A stretch of 32,000 bases of DNA from Candidatus Brocadia sp. Lineage in GTDB: Bacteria > Planctomycetota > Brocadiia > Brocadiales > Brocadiaceae. Positions within the stretch are counted from its first letter, which is position 1; each line of letters begins with the position of its first letter. This document shows, piece after piece, positions 9,825-18,784 of this stretch. The stretch is taken from contig CP091279.1 in assembly GCA_021650915.1 (NCBI GenBank), positions 3,840,001 through 3,872,000 on the forward strand, in the 5' to 3' direction. The translations under genes and the position numbers were made by a program. The notes under the pieces are model-generated. The model was not told where the DNA came from. It did no database searches and saw only the letters and a list, made by a program, of their open reading frames with translations.

Positions 9825-10607
9825 ATGAGTTGTATATTTTTCCCATTTAAAATATTAGGAAGTTATACCCATCGGTTTATACGCGAATTAGGGAAGATGG
9901 GTTGTTTTATTGCCGCGGCCTTATTTTGGGTGGTGTTCCCGCCATACTTGTTCCAGCGGATTATTAAACAAATCAATTTTATTGGGGTAAAAACTACCCC
10001 TGTTATTGTGCTGACGGGTTCATTTACGGGAATGGTTCTGGCATTACAGACGTATTACGCCCTGGCCAAGTTTGGTGCTGAAGCAAGTTTAGGTCCTGTT
10101 GTCGCTTTGTCATTAATACGGGAGTTGGGGCCGGTTATTTCAGCTTTAATGGTTACGGGTTGTGCGGGTTCCGCGTTGACGGCAGAAATCGGTATTATGA
10201 GGATAACCGAGCAGATTGACGCTCTTGATGCCATGGCTTTAAACCCTTACAAGTATTTGATTGTTCCCAATGTGATAGGAGGAATCATATCGCTTCCTCT
10301 TCTCAATGCTATCTTTGTCGTCCTTGGTGTTTTTGGAGGATATGCGATAAGTGTGGGACTCATGGACTTGTCGAGCGGCACTTATTTCCAGGGCATCAGA
10401 GATTTCATAAAAACCCGGGATATTCTCGAGGGTTTATACAAATCCTTAAGCTTTGGTTTTTTAATCACCTGGATAAGCTGTTACAAAGGCTATTTTACGG
10501 GGTATGGGGCTGAAGGGGTGAGTAAGGCTACGATTCGATCCGTGGTGCTTTCATCGGTAATGATCCTGGTGTGGGATTACTTTATGACATCTATTATGAT
10601 AACGTAA
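9825..10607 (+). CDS. mlaE: Phospholipid ABC transporter permease MlaE
   Basis: 260 aa with the MlaE/Ttg2B pattern (GVKTTPVIVLTGSFTGMVLALQ..., LGPVISALMVTGCAGSALTAEIGIMRITEQIDALDAM). It is the first gene of an mla-like operon. Confidence 0.85.
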   Translation: MSCIFFPFKILGSYTHRFIRELGKMGCFIAAALFWVVFPPYLFQRIIKQINFIGVKTTPVIVLTGSFTGMVLALQTYYALAKFGAEASLGPVVALSLIRELGPVISALMVTGCAGSALTAEIGIMRITEQIDALDAMALNPYKYLIVPNVIGGIISLPLLNAIFVVLGVFGGYAISVGLMDLSSGTYFQGIRDFIKTRDILEGLYKSLSFGFLITWISCYKGYFTGYGAEGVSKATIRSVVLSSVMILVWDYFMTSIMIT

Positions 10608-10616
10608 TGATCAGAG

Positions 10617-11363
10617 ATGATTAAGGTTGTAGACTTATTCAAAAGTTTTAAAGGACAAGAAGTGCTTCGCGGTGTCAATCTGACAATCGAAGAAGGGTGC
10701 TCTATGGCCTTGATTGGAGGCAGCGGGCAGGGGAAGTCGATATTGTTAAAACATATCATTGGCCTCCTGAGACCTGACCATGGCAAGGTATTGATAGACA
10801 ACCAGGACATCGGCAAACTAAGGGGAAGGCCACTGAAGCGATTAAAGGAACGATTTGGCGTTGTTTTTCAGGGTGGCGCTCTTTTTGATTCACTTACCGT
10901 TTTTGATAACGTTGCCTTTCCGCTCAGGGAAAAAACCAGACTGAGCGAATCGGTAATCAGGGATAAAGTACGTCAGGAGTTGAAACGGGTAGGTCTCTCG
11001 GGTGCAGAAAAAAAATACCCTGCGGAAATAAGTGGCGGTATGAAAAAACGAGCAGCTCTTGCCCGTGGTCTCATTATGAATCCAGAGATTGTCTTTTTTG
11101 ATGAACCAACCACCGGACTTGACCCTCTGATAAGTAAAGCTATCCATAAATTGATCAGGGAATGCCAGAAGAGCCTCAATTTTACTGCCATTGTTGTAAC
11201 CCATGAGATCCCAGCTATTTTTTCTATTGTGGATTATATTGCTATGTTGTACAACGGAAAAATTGTTTTTACGGGAACTCCGGAAGAAATAAAAGCCTCC
11301 CCTGACCCTGTGGTTCATCAATTCATTCATGGAGAATTGGAAGGGCCTATTTCTATAAAATAA
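10617..11363 (+). CDS. mlaF: Phospholipid ABC transporter ATP-binding protein MlaF
   Basis: Walker A is GGSGQGKS, the signature is ISGGMKKRAALARGL, Walker B is IVFFDEPTTGLDP, and the H-loop is VVTHE. Confidence 0.9.
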   Translation: MIKVVDLFKSFKGQEVLRGVNLTIEEGCSMALIGGSGQGKSILLKHIIGLLRPDHGKVLIDNQDIGKLRGRPLKRLKERFGVVFQGGALFDSLTVFDNVAFPLREKTRLSESVIRDKVRQELKRVGLSGAEKKYPAEISGGMKKRAALARGLIMNPEIVFFDEPTTGLDPLISKAIHKLIRECQKSLNFTAIVVTHEIPAIFSIVDYIAMLYNGKIVFTGTPEEIKASPDPVVHQFIHGELEGPISIK

Positions 11364-11393
11364 CATGTTCCAATATTCGAAAAAGGTGATAAA

Positions 11394-11840
11394 ATGAAGA
11401 AATTTGATACGGAAATAGTCGTTGGTATCTTTGTTTTTATTGGGGTGCTTTGTCTGGTTTTTATTTCGGTAAAACTGGGGAAGATTAATCTGATAGGAGG
11501 ACATTATTATCCGGTAAAGGCCGTCTTTAGCACCATCAAGGGACTTAAAAAAAATACTGATGTAGAAATATCAGGGGTCTCCGTGGGTACCGTAGATGAT
11601 ATTAAACTCATTGATTACGAGGCTGTTGTTAGCCTGCGGATTCGGGATGATATAAAACTGCAGGACGACTCTATTGCCTCTATCCGTACCAAAGGGCTGC
11701 TGGGAGAAAAGTATGTAGAAATAACACCGGGTGGGTCGGACAGATTATTACAACCCGGAGATACCTTGCATGAAACGGAACCACCCATTGATTTGGAAAA
11801 ATTAATAGGAAATTTTGTCTTTGGGAAAGTAAAGGAATAA
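11394..11840 (+). CDS. mlaD: MCE-domain substrate-binding protein MlaD
   Basis: An N-terminal TM anchor is followed by a single MCE domain (VSGVSVGTVDDIKL...GLLGEKYVEITPG). It sits after mlaF. Confidence 0.8.
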   Translation: MKKFDTEIVVGIFVFIGVLCLVFISVKLGKINLIGGHYYPVKAVFSTIKGLKKNTDVEISGVSVGTVDDIKLIDYEAVVSLRIRDDIKLQDDSIASIRTKGLLGEKYVEITPGGSDRLLQPGDTLHETEPPIDLEKLIGNFVFGKVKE

Positions 11841-11844
11841 AGCA

Positions 11845-12462
11845 ATGAAATTGAGAAAAACAATATCTACAATATGTTATGGGGTAATGTTACTGATAAC
11901 CATGTCTCCGGTTGTGCGGGCTGCAGAAACTCCTGGAACGCTCGTCATGGAAACCATAGACAGAGGTTTGGTGGTTCTGAAAGATCCTTCCCTGAAGGGA
12001 AGGGAAAAGTCAGATGAACGCAGACAACGGTTGTGGAAAGAAATTTCTCCTATCTTTAATTTTGAAGAAATGTCCAAGCGTGCCCTTGGTCAACACTGGA
12101 AAAAACGTTCTCCTGAAGAGAAAAAAGAATTTGTGGAACTCTTTACGAACATTCTGAAAGATGCCTATATTGGAAAGACTGACACCTATTCCGGAGAAAA
12201 GATTGTTTTTGTAAAAGAAAAGCAAGACGAGAAGGACTATGCCAGCGTCCAGACCAAGATTATTACGAATACCGGGGCCGTTGTCTTAGTGGAATATCGT
12301 ATGCTCAGCAATGCGGGGAAGTGGAAGATCTATGACGTAATTATTGAAGGGGTAAGCCTGGTCAATAATTACCGCAGCCAGTTTAGCAATATCCTTATGA
12401 AATCACCCTATGAAGAACTTGTTCAAAAAATAAAAGGGAAAACTGGTAAAGAAAAAACCTAA
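11845..12462 (+). CDS. mlaC: Periplasmic phospholipid-binding protein MlaC (Ttg2D/toluene tolerance family)
   Basis: Has a signal peptide ending VVRAAE. Also has FNFEEMSKRALGQHWKKRSPEEKKEFVELFTNILKDAY and the C-terminal WKIYDVIIEGVSLVNNYRSQF, typical of MlaC. Confidence 0.78.
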   Translation: MKLRKTISTICYGVMLLITMSPVVRAAETPGTLVMETIDRGLVVLKDPSLKGREKSDERRQRLWKEISPIFNFEEMSKRALGQHWKKRSPEEKKEFVELFTNILKDAYIGKTDTYSGEKIVFVKEKQDEKDYASVQTKIITNTGAVVLVEYRMLSNAGKWKIYDVIIEGVSLVNNYRSQFSNILMKSPYEELVQKIKGKTGKEKT

Positions 12463-12516
12463 CAAAAGTTAAATTATCGTGATAAAGCTTATGGTTGTTC
12501 TGCAAGGGGTCAAATT

Positions 12517-13350
12517 ATGAGAAACGGTGTGACTGGGATGTTTTTTTTCGGTTTAACAGTACTTTTTTCCATGCATGCGCTACAGGCTGAAAGTGTACCG
12601 GTATCTGCTCCTGCAGAATCGTCTTATGGGGAGTTAAACGAAGACAATGCTTCCAATATGGATACCGGGAGTGGCGGTGCTGAAGGAGAATCAGATGAGG
12701 CAGGGCAAGCCGGAACGGAAGCAGAGATTCCTCTGGTAAAAGATACTTTTCAACCCTTTAACAGAGCCATGTTTGCCTTTAATGACAAGGCTTTTCACTA
12801 TTTCTTTAAACCAATATATACTGGCTATAATTCAATGATACCGGTTCAGGCACGGGTAAGCGTGAAAAATTTTTATACCAACATAAGGATGCCCATCCGT
12901 TTTTTCAATTGCCTCTTTCAGTCGAATTTTAAGGGTGCAGGCACTGAAATGTTGCGCTTTGTTGTCAACAGCACGGTTGGGGTGGCGGGGTTTCTTGATC
13001 CTGCCAAGTCAAAATTTCATTTGGAGAAACAGGAAAGAGACTTTGGTCAGACCCTCGGCAAATACAACATGCAATCTGGTACGTATTTCGTCTGGCCTTT
13101 TCTTGGCCCGTCAAACACGCGTGATACCATAGGGTTTGTGGGTGATACCGTATTAGATCCATTGACATGGGTTTCCTATTTCTTTCTCAAACCTATTGAG
13201 AGTATAGGAAATTATACCTATGAATCTGTCAACAAGCTCTCCGTCGATACGGGTGATACGTATGAGAGTGTAACAAAACCTGCTATTGACCCTTATATTG
13301 CACTCCAGGATGCTTATCTGCAAAATCGGGTGAAAAAGATAAAAGAATAA
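12517..13350 (+). CDS. mlaA: Outer-membrane lipoprotein MlaA/VacJ
   Basis: Carries the VacJ family core FNRAMFAFNDK...NFYTNIRMPIRFFNCLFQ...RFVVNSTVGVAGFLDPA...DFGQTLG...GTYFVWPFLGPSNTRD. An acidic, low-complexity N-terminal linker follows the signal sequence. Confidence 0.85.
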   Translation: MRNGVTGMFFFGLTVLFSMHALQAESVPVSAPAESSYGELNEDNASNMDTGSGGAEGESDEAGQAGTEAEIPLVKDTFQPFNRAMFAFNDKAFHYFFKPIYTGYNSMIPVQARVSVKNFYTNIRMPIRFFNCLFQSNFKGAGTEMLRFVVNSTVGVAGFLDPAKSKFHLEKQERDFGQTLGKYNMQSGTYFVWPFLGPSNTRDTIGFVGDTVLDPLTWVSYFFLKPIESIGNYTYESVNKLSVDTGDTYESVTKPAIDPYIALQDAYLQNRVKKIKE

Positions 13351-13431
13351 GCCATGCCTGGGATGAAGCGGTTGCGCATGCCTAAATTATCGTGCAATCA
13401 TTCAAAAACTTGTCTCTTCAGAGGAAGGAGA

Positions 13432-14082
13432 TCATACATGGGATGTCGGAGAATTATTGGTTTTGGTTTTTTTACCGATTTTATTTTCCGTGCCGTTGAA
13501 GAGCCTTCTAATGTTCGATTTATGGCGTAGAATAATCAATATCGAGATGAATAGAGAAAATATGGTCAAATAAAGCCCTTGTCCCAAAGGGTCCTTTCCA
13601 AGTACTAGCAAGCATATTGCCAATACCGGGGGGCTGAGGATAGAACCTAACGATATGTAACGAGTAGTAAAAACAACGCATAGCCAGACTGCGACAGAAA
13701 TTATGAGTGGTAGTGGCGCTAACCATAAAAATACCCCACAGCCTGTTGCAACCGCCTTTCCTCCCTTAAAATTGAGAAAAACCGGGAATGCGTGTCCACA
13801 AATCACACCAACACCGCACAATATCAACAAAAGAGGGTGTGCGTGGCCTGCAAGATAATGATCAAAGATGAACACCGGAAAGAAACCTTTCAGCATGTCT
13901 AAAATGAATACCAGGATGCCGTAAGGTTTCCCCATAACCCTGGCAACGTTTGTTGCCCCCGGATTACCGCTGCCAACCTGCCGGATATCGATACCCTTTG
14001 CCAGCTTAGCGATGAGAAAGCCGAAGGGGATGCTGCCAATGAAGTATGAAATAATGGGACCACAAATAGCTTCCATGAACAC
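13432..14082 (-). CDS. plsY: Glycerol-3-phosphate acyltransferase PlsY
   Basis: Has the PlsY motifs GSIPFGFLIAKL.GIDIRQVGSGNPGATNVARV.G and LDMLKG in a polytopic protein. The start is either the GTG at 14082 or the ATG at 14076. Confidence 0.9.
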   Translation of the reverse strand: MFMEAICGPIISYFIGSIPFGFLIAKLAKGIDIRQVGSGNPGATNVARVMGKPYGILVFILDMLKGFFPVFIFDHYLAGHAHPLLLILCGVGVICGHAFPVFLNFKGGKAVATGCGVFLWLAPLPLIISVAVWLCVVFTTRYISLGSILSPPVLAICLLVLGKDPLGQGLYLTIFSLFISILIILRHKSNIRRLFNGTENKIGKKTKTNNSPTSHV

Positions 14083-14104
14083 CGGAAAAATCCTTTCTTA
14101 ATTT

Positions 14105-15055
14105 TTATGAAAATATCTTAAAAAAACGCGGTATGCGCCACCAGAGTTTATGAATAGCATGCCGGGAGTGGCTCTGACGGAGGTACTTTTTCCAATCTTT
14201 ATCAAGTGCATTACCCCAGAGCAGGTATGATCTAAAAAACCGAATCTTGTCCGTCCGAGAAATGAAACCCATTTTTTGATGCAGAGACGTGTTTGTCCTG
14301 CCTGACAACCACCGGAGCTTTTCTACGGACCGGTCGAGACGCAGGAGATTTTTCATTCTCTTGTCGATATTGAGTTTTTCTGTAACCACGGATTTGTCCA
14401 GATCGATGATATACGCATGGAATTCTCCGGTGCTGTCGTGTTTTACGAGGATATTTTTCAGATGTAAATCCGCATGAAATATCCCTGCATCATGCATATT
14501 TCTCAAAAGTCCCGCAATCGCACGGATTACAGGCCTTTTAAATTTTTGTATGAACGTGCCAGAAGATTCTGTTATCAATTGGATAAGGTCTACCGCGTCA
14601 GGGATCTCCCTGGAGATAAAGTCTGCCGTATAGAATAGACCCCATAGTCTCCTCTTGATTACAGCAACTACTTCCGCCGACAGTACATCTTTTTGAAGGG
14701 CAATTTCATTGATCGCTACTTCGTTGACCGGTCTATTCTCGTTATAAAAGATGCCACCCAAAAGTTTGCCGAACAAGCCGCCATGCCGGTAGTTTCGGAT
14801 AATCAACCTTTCCCTGCTGTTTCCGGAGAGGGGAATGGTCCGATACGCACCTCTTCCATATTTTACGGTACCACTCGTTTTCCTTTTGTCTTCAAAGGTT
14901 TCCGGGTGAAAAACCATATTGAACAAAAGTTCCCGATATTGGTCTTTTACCAATAAAGTGGTATTGCCTTGTTTCAACAGGGAAAAAGCGGGTAACGTCA
15001 TTGATTTTGTTAGCATCAGCGTTATTGTTTCAGGGGAAGCGTGATTCGTCAGCAT
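14105..15055 (-). CDS. Lipopolysaccharide kinase (Kdo/WaaP family) protein
   Basis: Kinase core with YRHGGLFGKLLG, a catalytic-loop-like GIFHADLHLKNILV, and IIDLDKS (DFG-equivalent). It is divergent from a heptosyltransferase gene. Confidence 0.75.
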   Translation of the reverse strand: MLTNHASPETITLMLTKSMTLPAFSLLKQGNTTLLVKDQYRELLFNMVFHPETFEDKRKTSGTVKYGRGAYRTIPLSGNSRERLIIRNYRHGGLFGKLLGGIFYNENRPVNEVAINEIALQKDVLSAEVVAVIKRRLWGLFYTADFISREIPDAVDLIQLITESSGTFIQKFKRPVIRAIAGLLRNMHDAGIFHADLHLKNILVKHDSTGEFHAYIIDLDKSVVTEKLNIDKRMKNLLRLDRSVEKLRWLSGRTNTSLHQKMGFISRTDKIRFFRSYLLWGNALDKDWKKYLRQSHSRHAIHKLWWRIPRFFKIFS

Positions 15056-15167
15056 GCCGTCTTGAAAAAACTGCCTTGCGTACGATTATATATCAGCACG
15101 GAAATGAATACAAACGCAAATTGAATTCTTATTGAAAACCAGTTATGCAAAGCTTATAGTAATTCAA

Positions 15168-15313
15168 TTGTATAGGAATTTTCATTTTATTTAAGCGAGT
15201 TTTGGGGATGTAGTAGCGGTAGGGTGGATTAAGCGAGAGCGAATCCACCTTTCCTGGAAGTAGTATTGGTGGATTCGGCGTAAAAACCAACGCCTTAATC
15301 CACCCTACTCATA
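15168..15313. mobile_element. MITE-like structured repeat, copy 1 (146 bp), flanked by a perfect 10-bp direct duplication, AGTAATTCAA
   Basis: Near-identical to 19180-19312, differing by one 13-bp indel and a few substitutions. AGTAATTCAA occurs at 15158-15167 and again at 15314-15323. Inside, nested inverted repeats are present: GTAGGGTGGATTAAG (15219-15233) pairs with CTTAATCCACCCTAC (15294-15308), and CGAATCCACC pairs with GGTGGATTCG. Confidence 0.65.
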
Positions 15314-15356
15314 AGTAATTCAAGTATAAAAAAGAAAACCACGGTAGTTTCAAAAG

Positions 15357-16451
15357 ATGGAAAAACGATTCGATAATCTCAAGAATATTCTGATTGTACG
15401 GTTGGGAGCTATGGGTGACATTATTCATGTTATGCCGGCCGTAATAAACTTGAGGCGGACATTCCCTGATGCCTCCCTCGTGTGGCTTGTGGAAGACAAG
15501 GCGCAATGCCTGGTTGAAGCGCTTCCGGGGATTGACGAAGTCATTGTCTTTCCCAGAAAGAAATGGCAAACGGCCCTTCGGCATCCACGCAAATATTTTA
15601 CCGTAGCTGCTGAACTGCGTGCGTTCTTGCGGAAATTAAGGGAAAGGGAATATGATGTTGCCCTCGATTTCCATGGTAATTTTAGAAGCGGGTTATTGGC
15701 TTATTTGAGTAACGCAAAGACACGGGTTGGTTTTTCAAAAGGGTATTGTAAGGAAGCGAATTATATTTTTACGAATGTACGGATGAAACCGCACCAGAAG
15801 AAGATGCACAGAATCGAAAAATATTTCAGTCTTCTTCAGGGCATGGGTATCACGGTATACTACCAAAGGCCGGAATTTTCGATTTCAGATAACGACCGTC
15901 GTTCTGTCGATGATTTTATTTCCCGGCATCATCTTCAGGAAAAACCTGTTGCAATCCTTCATCCGGGAACCAGCATGTTTGGTAAATTCAAGCGCTGGCC
16001 GCCTGAAAACTACGCCATGCTTGCGGACAGATTAATAAAAGAAATGAACTACTCGGTTGTTTTTACCTGGAGTGAACCGGAATACAACCTGGTACAACAG
16101 ATACTTTCGTTGATGCAGTATCACGCCACGATTGCATGCAGGACTGCATCGGTAAAACAACTGATAGCCTTATTACAACGCGCGCATCTTTTTATTGGCG
16201 GGGATACAGGACCAACCCACCTTGCTTCGTGCATGGGAATTCCTACCATTGCAATCTTTGGACCTAAGGATCCTTCGCTTTATGCCCCTTACGATGACAA
16301 TGCCGTGGTGGTAAGAAAAGATATTCCCTGTAGCCCTTGTGAGAGACGGACCTGTGATCACGTTACCTGTGTCTCCTCTATTACCCCGGAAGATGTCTTT
16401 CGTGCTGTTCTTGAGTTGACTAAAGCACCTTTGCCCTTTGGTGTGCAATGA
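15357..16451 (+). CDS. Glycosyltransferase family 9 (LPS heptosyltransferase-like)
   Basis: N-terminal ILIVRLGAMGDIIHVMPAVINLRRTFPDASLVWLVE and C-terminal FIGGDTGPTHLASCMGIPTIAIFGP are typical of the GT9 RfaF/RfaC family. Confidence 0.85.
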   Translation: MEKRFDNLKNILIVRLGAMGDIIHVMPAVINLRRTFPDASLVWLVEDKAQCLVEALPGIDEVIVFPRKKWQTALRHPRKYFTVAAELRAFLRKLREREYDVALDFHGNFRSGLLAYLSNAKTRVGFSKGYCKEANYIFTNVRMKPHQKKMHRIEKYFSLLQGMGITVYYQRPEFSISDNDRRSVDDFISRHHLQEKPVAILHPGTSMFGKFKRWPPENYAMLADRLIKEMNYSVVFTWSEPEYNLVQQILSLMQYHATIACRTASVKQLIALLQRAHLFIGGDTGPTHLASCMGIPTIAIFGPKDPSLYAPYDDNAVVVRKDIPCSPCERRTCDHVTCVSSITPEDVFRAVLELTKAPLPFGVQ

Positions 16452-16544
16452 CCGGTATCTGATGTCATTCTGAAGACGAAAAGACGTGATACGGGAGAGG
16501 TAATACAAAACATGCATGGAATAAAGAACCGGAAGAAAAGAAGT

Positions 16545-16573
16545 TTGACTTTTTCTATATTGCTTGATAATAT
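16545..16573 (+). promoter_or_regulatory. Candidate sigma70-type promoter for the polyprenyl synthase gene (TTGACT-17 nt-TAATAT)
   Basis: TTGACT at 16545-16550 and TAATAT at 16568-16573, about 40 nt upstream of the ORF. This rests on a sequence match only. Confidence 0.25.
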
Positions 16574-16611
16574 AACTTTTCTTTACTAATCGCTAAAATT
16601 AAAAAAGGAGC

Positions 16612-17592
16612 TTGCCAATTGTGGAACCTGTGGGTATTTTCGATTCAATAAAAACCCTCATGGATGAGGTTGAAACACGATTCCATAAAGAATTGCAGCC
16701 GAGCAACAATTCTTTAGCCGATCTTATTATTCACATCAGCAAATATAAAGGAAAACGATTACGACCGGCCTTGGTGTTATTATCAGGGAAATGCGCAGGG
16801 AGTGTCGTGCCTCAGCATGTAGACATTGCCGTGGTCGTGGAAATGGTTCATACTGCAACACTGGTTCATGACGATATCATCGACGAGGCCGCAATGAGAA
16901 GGCACGTTGAAAGTATCAATTCAAAATGGGGGAGAGAAATATCCATCCTCTTTGGAGACTACCTGTTTTCCCGGGGATTTACGATCCTGTCTTCCCTTGA
17001 TTCTCAAATTGCAACCCTTCTGCTTTCTCAGACGGTGAACATTATGTCAGAGGGAGAACTCATCCAGCTGCAAAGGCGGTATGATATTGGATTGAGTGAA
17101 AATGACTATTTTGACATTATCGAACGAAAAACAGCCTCTTTATGCGCTGCCAGTTGCCGTTTGGGGGCTACGTTCGCCGGAGCCAATCGAAAAATTTCTG
17201 ATATGTTGTCCACGTACGGCTTAAAGATCGGTATGGCATTCCAGATTGTGGATGATTGCCTTGACGTGATGGGCACGGAAGAAGAAATTGGAAAGTCATT
17301 AAACACGGATATCCAGAAAGGCAAGCTCACCCTGCCGCTTATTCACCTGATGAACCAACTTCCCAAAAACAAACTTGAATCAGCCCGGGAACTGATATTT
17401 CAGCATGACGCAAGAGAAACGAAAAGCGCCATTATGGAACTGTTAACAGAGCATGATGCGGTGGAATATGCCTTTGCTACCGCAAAAAATATGGTGAAAC
17501 AGGCACAAGAGGAGATTGCCCCGCTGCCTGCCTCTCCCTACAAAACGACACTCATGGAACTGGCAGATTACATCGTAACGCGAAGGACTTAA
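16612..17592 (+). CDS. Long-chain polyprenyl diphosphate synthase (IspB-like, trans-IPPS)
   Basis: The first Asp-rich motif is LVHDDIIDEAAMRRH and the second is QIVDDCLD, with GK(L/S) after it. The start is uncertain: TTG at 16612 sits too close to GGAG, and GTG at 16621 has better spacing. Confidence 0.85.
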   Translation: MPIVEPVGIFDSIKTLMDEVETRFHKELQPSNNSLADLIIHISKYKGKRLRPALVLLSGKCAGSVVPQHVDIAVVVEMVHTATLVHDDIIDEAAMRRHVESINSKWGREISILFGDYLFSRGFTILSSLDSQIATLLLSQTVNIMSEGELIQLQRRYDIGLSENDYFDIIERKTASLCAASCRLGATFAGANRKISDMLSTYGLKIGMAFQIVDDCLDVMGTEEEIGKSLNTDIQKGKLTLPLIHLMNQLPKNKLESARELIFQHDARETKSAIMELLTEHDAVEYAFATAKNMVKQAQEEIAPLPASPYKTTLMELADYIVTRRT

Positions 17593-17610
17593 AAATCGGA
17601 GAATATATTT

Positions 17611-17820
17611 ATGATTAGCATGCCCGGTGGTTGGGAGTGGATCGTAATCGGTATTATTGTTTTTGTCGTATTTGGTAAGAGACTTCCAAATACCATGAAA
17701 ACGATAGGGAAAAGTTTTGCGAACTTCCGGCAGGGTTTTAAAGGTGTTGAGAAAGAGATAAAAGAGGTTAAAGAAATCAAGAACGATATCGATACCATTA
17801 CAAAACTAAAAATAAGCTAA
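17611..17820 (+). CDS. tatA: Sec-independent (Tat) translocase protein TatA/E
   Basis: 69 aa. A single TM helix (WEWIVIGIIVFVVFG) is followed by KRLP......GKSFANFRQGFKG, an amphipathic helix and a charged tail. ATG at 17620 is an alternative start. Confidence 0.8.
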   Translation: MISMPGGWEWIVIGIIVFVVFGKRLPNTMKTIGKSFANFRQGFKGVEKEIKEVKEIKNDIDTITKLKIS

Positions 17821-17830
17821 CGACCAGTTG

Positions 17831-18649
17831 CTACTTCTCGTTTTTCACATCCGCAAAATGAAATTTCATTCCATCCGCCGCGGCAATAATCTTTAATCCC
17901 ATCTCTTGTGATAGTCGTTCGGCAACGATACGGGGTTGCGCCTTGATCATCGTCATACCAAAATGATTTAATATCGTTACCTTCGGCTTCAGGGCATTGA
18001 CAATTTCTTTTACATCTGCAATGCTGAGATGATAAAGCCAACTCTTCATATCTTTATCCACGGTATAACGAACTACGTTGACAATTAAAATCTCACCCGT
18101 ATAATACTTCAATAATTCCGGAAAAAAGCGAGTGTCTACAATCAATGAAATGGTATAGTTCTGAGTAAAAAAATTTATACCGTAAGTCTCACTGGGATGT
18201 TGATGTCTCAGGGGTGTTTCGAAAGACACCGTATCAGAGAGCTTATATCTGCCGCCCTCTCTGATGATTTCTATCTGAAGGATATAACTTCTTACATATT
18301 GAAAAACAACAGGATCTTCTGTTAAGGCATCTTCAGGGGTATAAAGGGCGCCACGCTGCTTGAACCCGCCTTCGGTCATCGCTTCGATCATGACATTCAC
18401 ATCCGCGGCATGATCGAGGTGCCGGTGGGTAAGAATGATGGCATCCAATTTCATCGGGTCCATCTTCGGTCTGCTTGAAATGCACCTCACCAAACAGCCC
18501 GGTCCGGGATCGACCAATACGTTAAAACCCTGCAGGGAATACCACATGCCGCCTGATGCCCGCAATTGCTTGGATACGACAATCCTGGCGCCAGCCGTCC
18601 CAAGAAATTTCACAAAATCGGTTTCGGATGTATTTTCCATATTTAACAA
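17831..18649 (-). CDS. MBL-fold metallo-hydrolase
   Basis: Carries the HxHxDH motif (ILTHRHLDHAADV), with FLGTAGAR...LVDPGPG in the N-terminal part. Confidence 0.8.
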   Translation of the reverse strand: MLNMENTSETDFVKFLGTAGARIVVSKQLRASGGMWYSLQGFNVLVDPGPGCLVRCISSRPKMDPMKLDAIILTHRHLDHAADVNVMIEAMTEGGFKQRGALYTPEDALTEDPVVFQYVRSYILQIEIIREGGRYKLSDTVSFETPLRHQHPSETYGINFFTQNYTISLIVDTRFFPELLKYYTGEILIVNVVRYTVDKDMKSWLYHLSIADVKEIVNALKPKVTILNHFGMTMIKAQPRIVAERLSQEMGLKIIAAADGMKFHFADVKNEK

Positions 18650-18784
18650 TAATACTAAAAATTACGCTTGAAGTAGGAACGATGAATGATAGGAATCACG
18701 TCGTTACTGCTGATTAACGCAGTTAACATCCTTCTCGATAAAAGACAAGGGGATGACTCTCTTGGCTTCCTATCCTGTTCGGCA

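Noticed and set aside
10890-11504. A 204-aa minus-strand ORF lies antisense to mlaF/mlaD.
   Set aside because: It overlaps two genes that have clear ABC and MCE motifs. Its own translation is low-complexity (FF, NN, KK runs) with no motifs.
13351-13431. A possible bidirectional terminator between the convergent mlaA and plsY.
   Set aside because: Only short imperfect repeats (GCATGC...GCATGC) are present, with no convincing stem plus T-tract. This is not enough to call a terminator.
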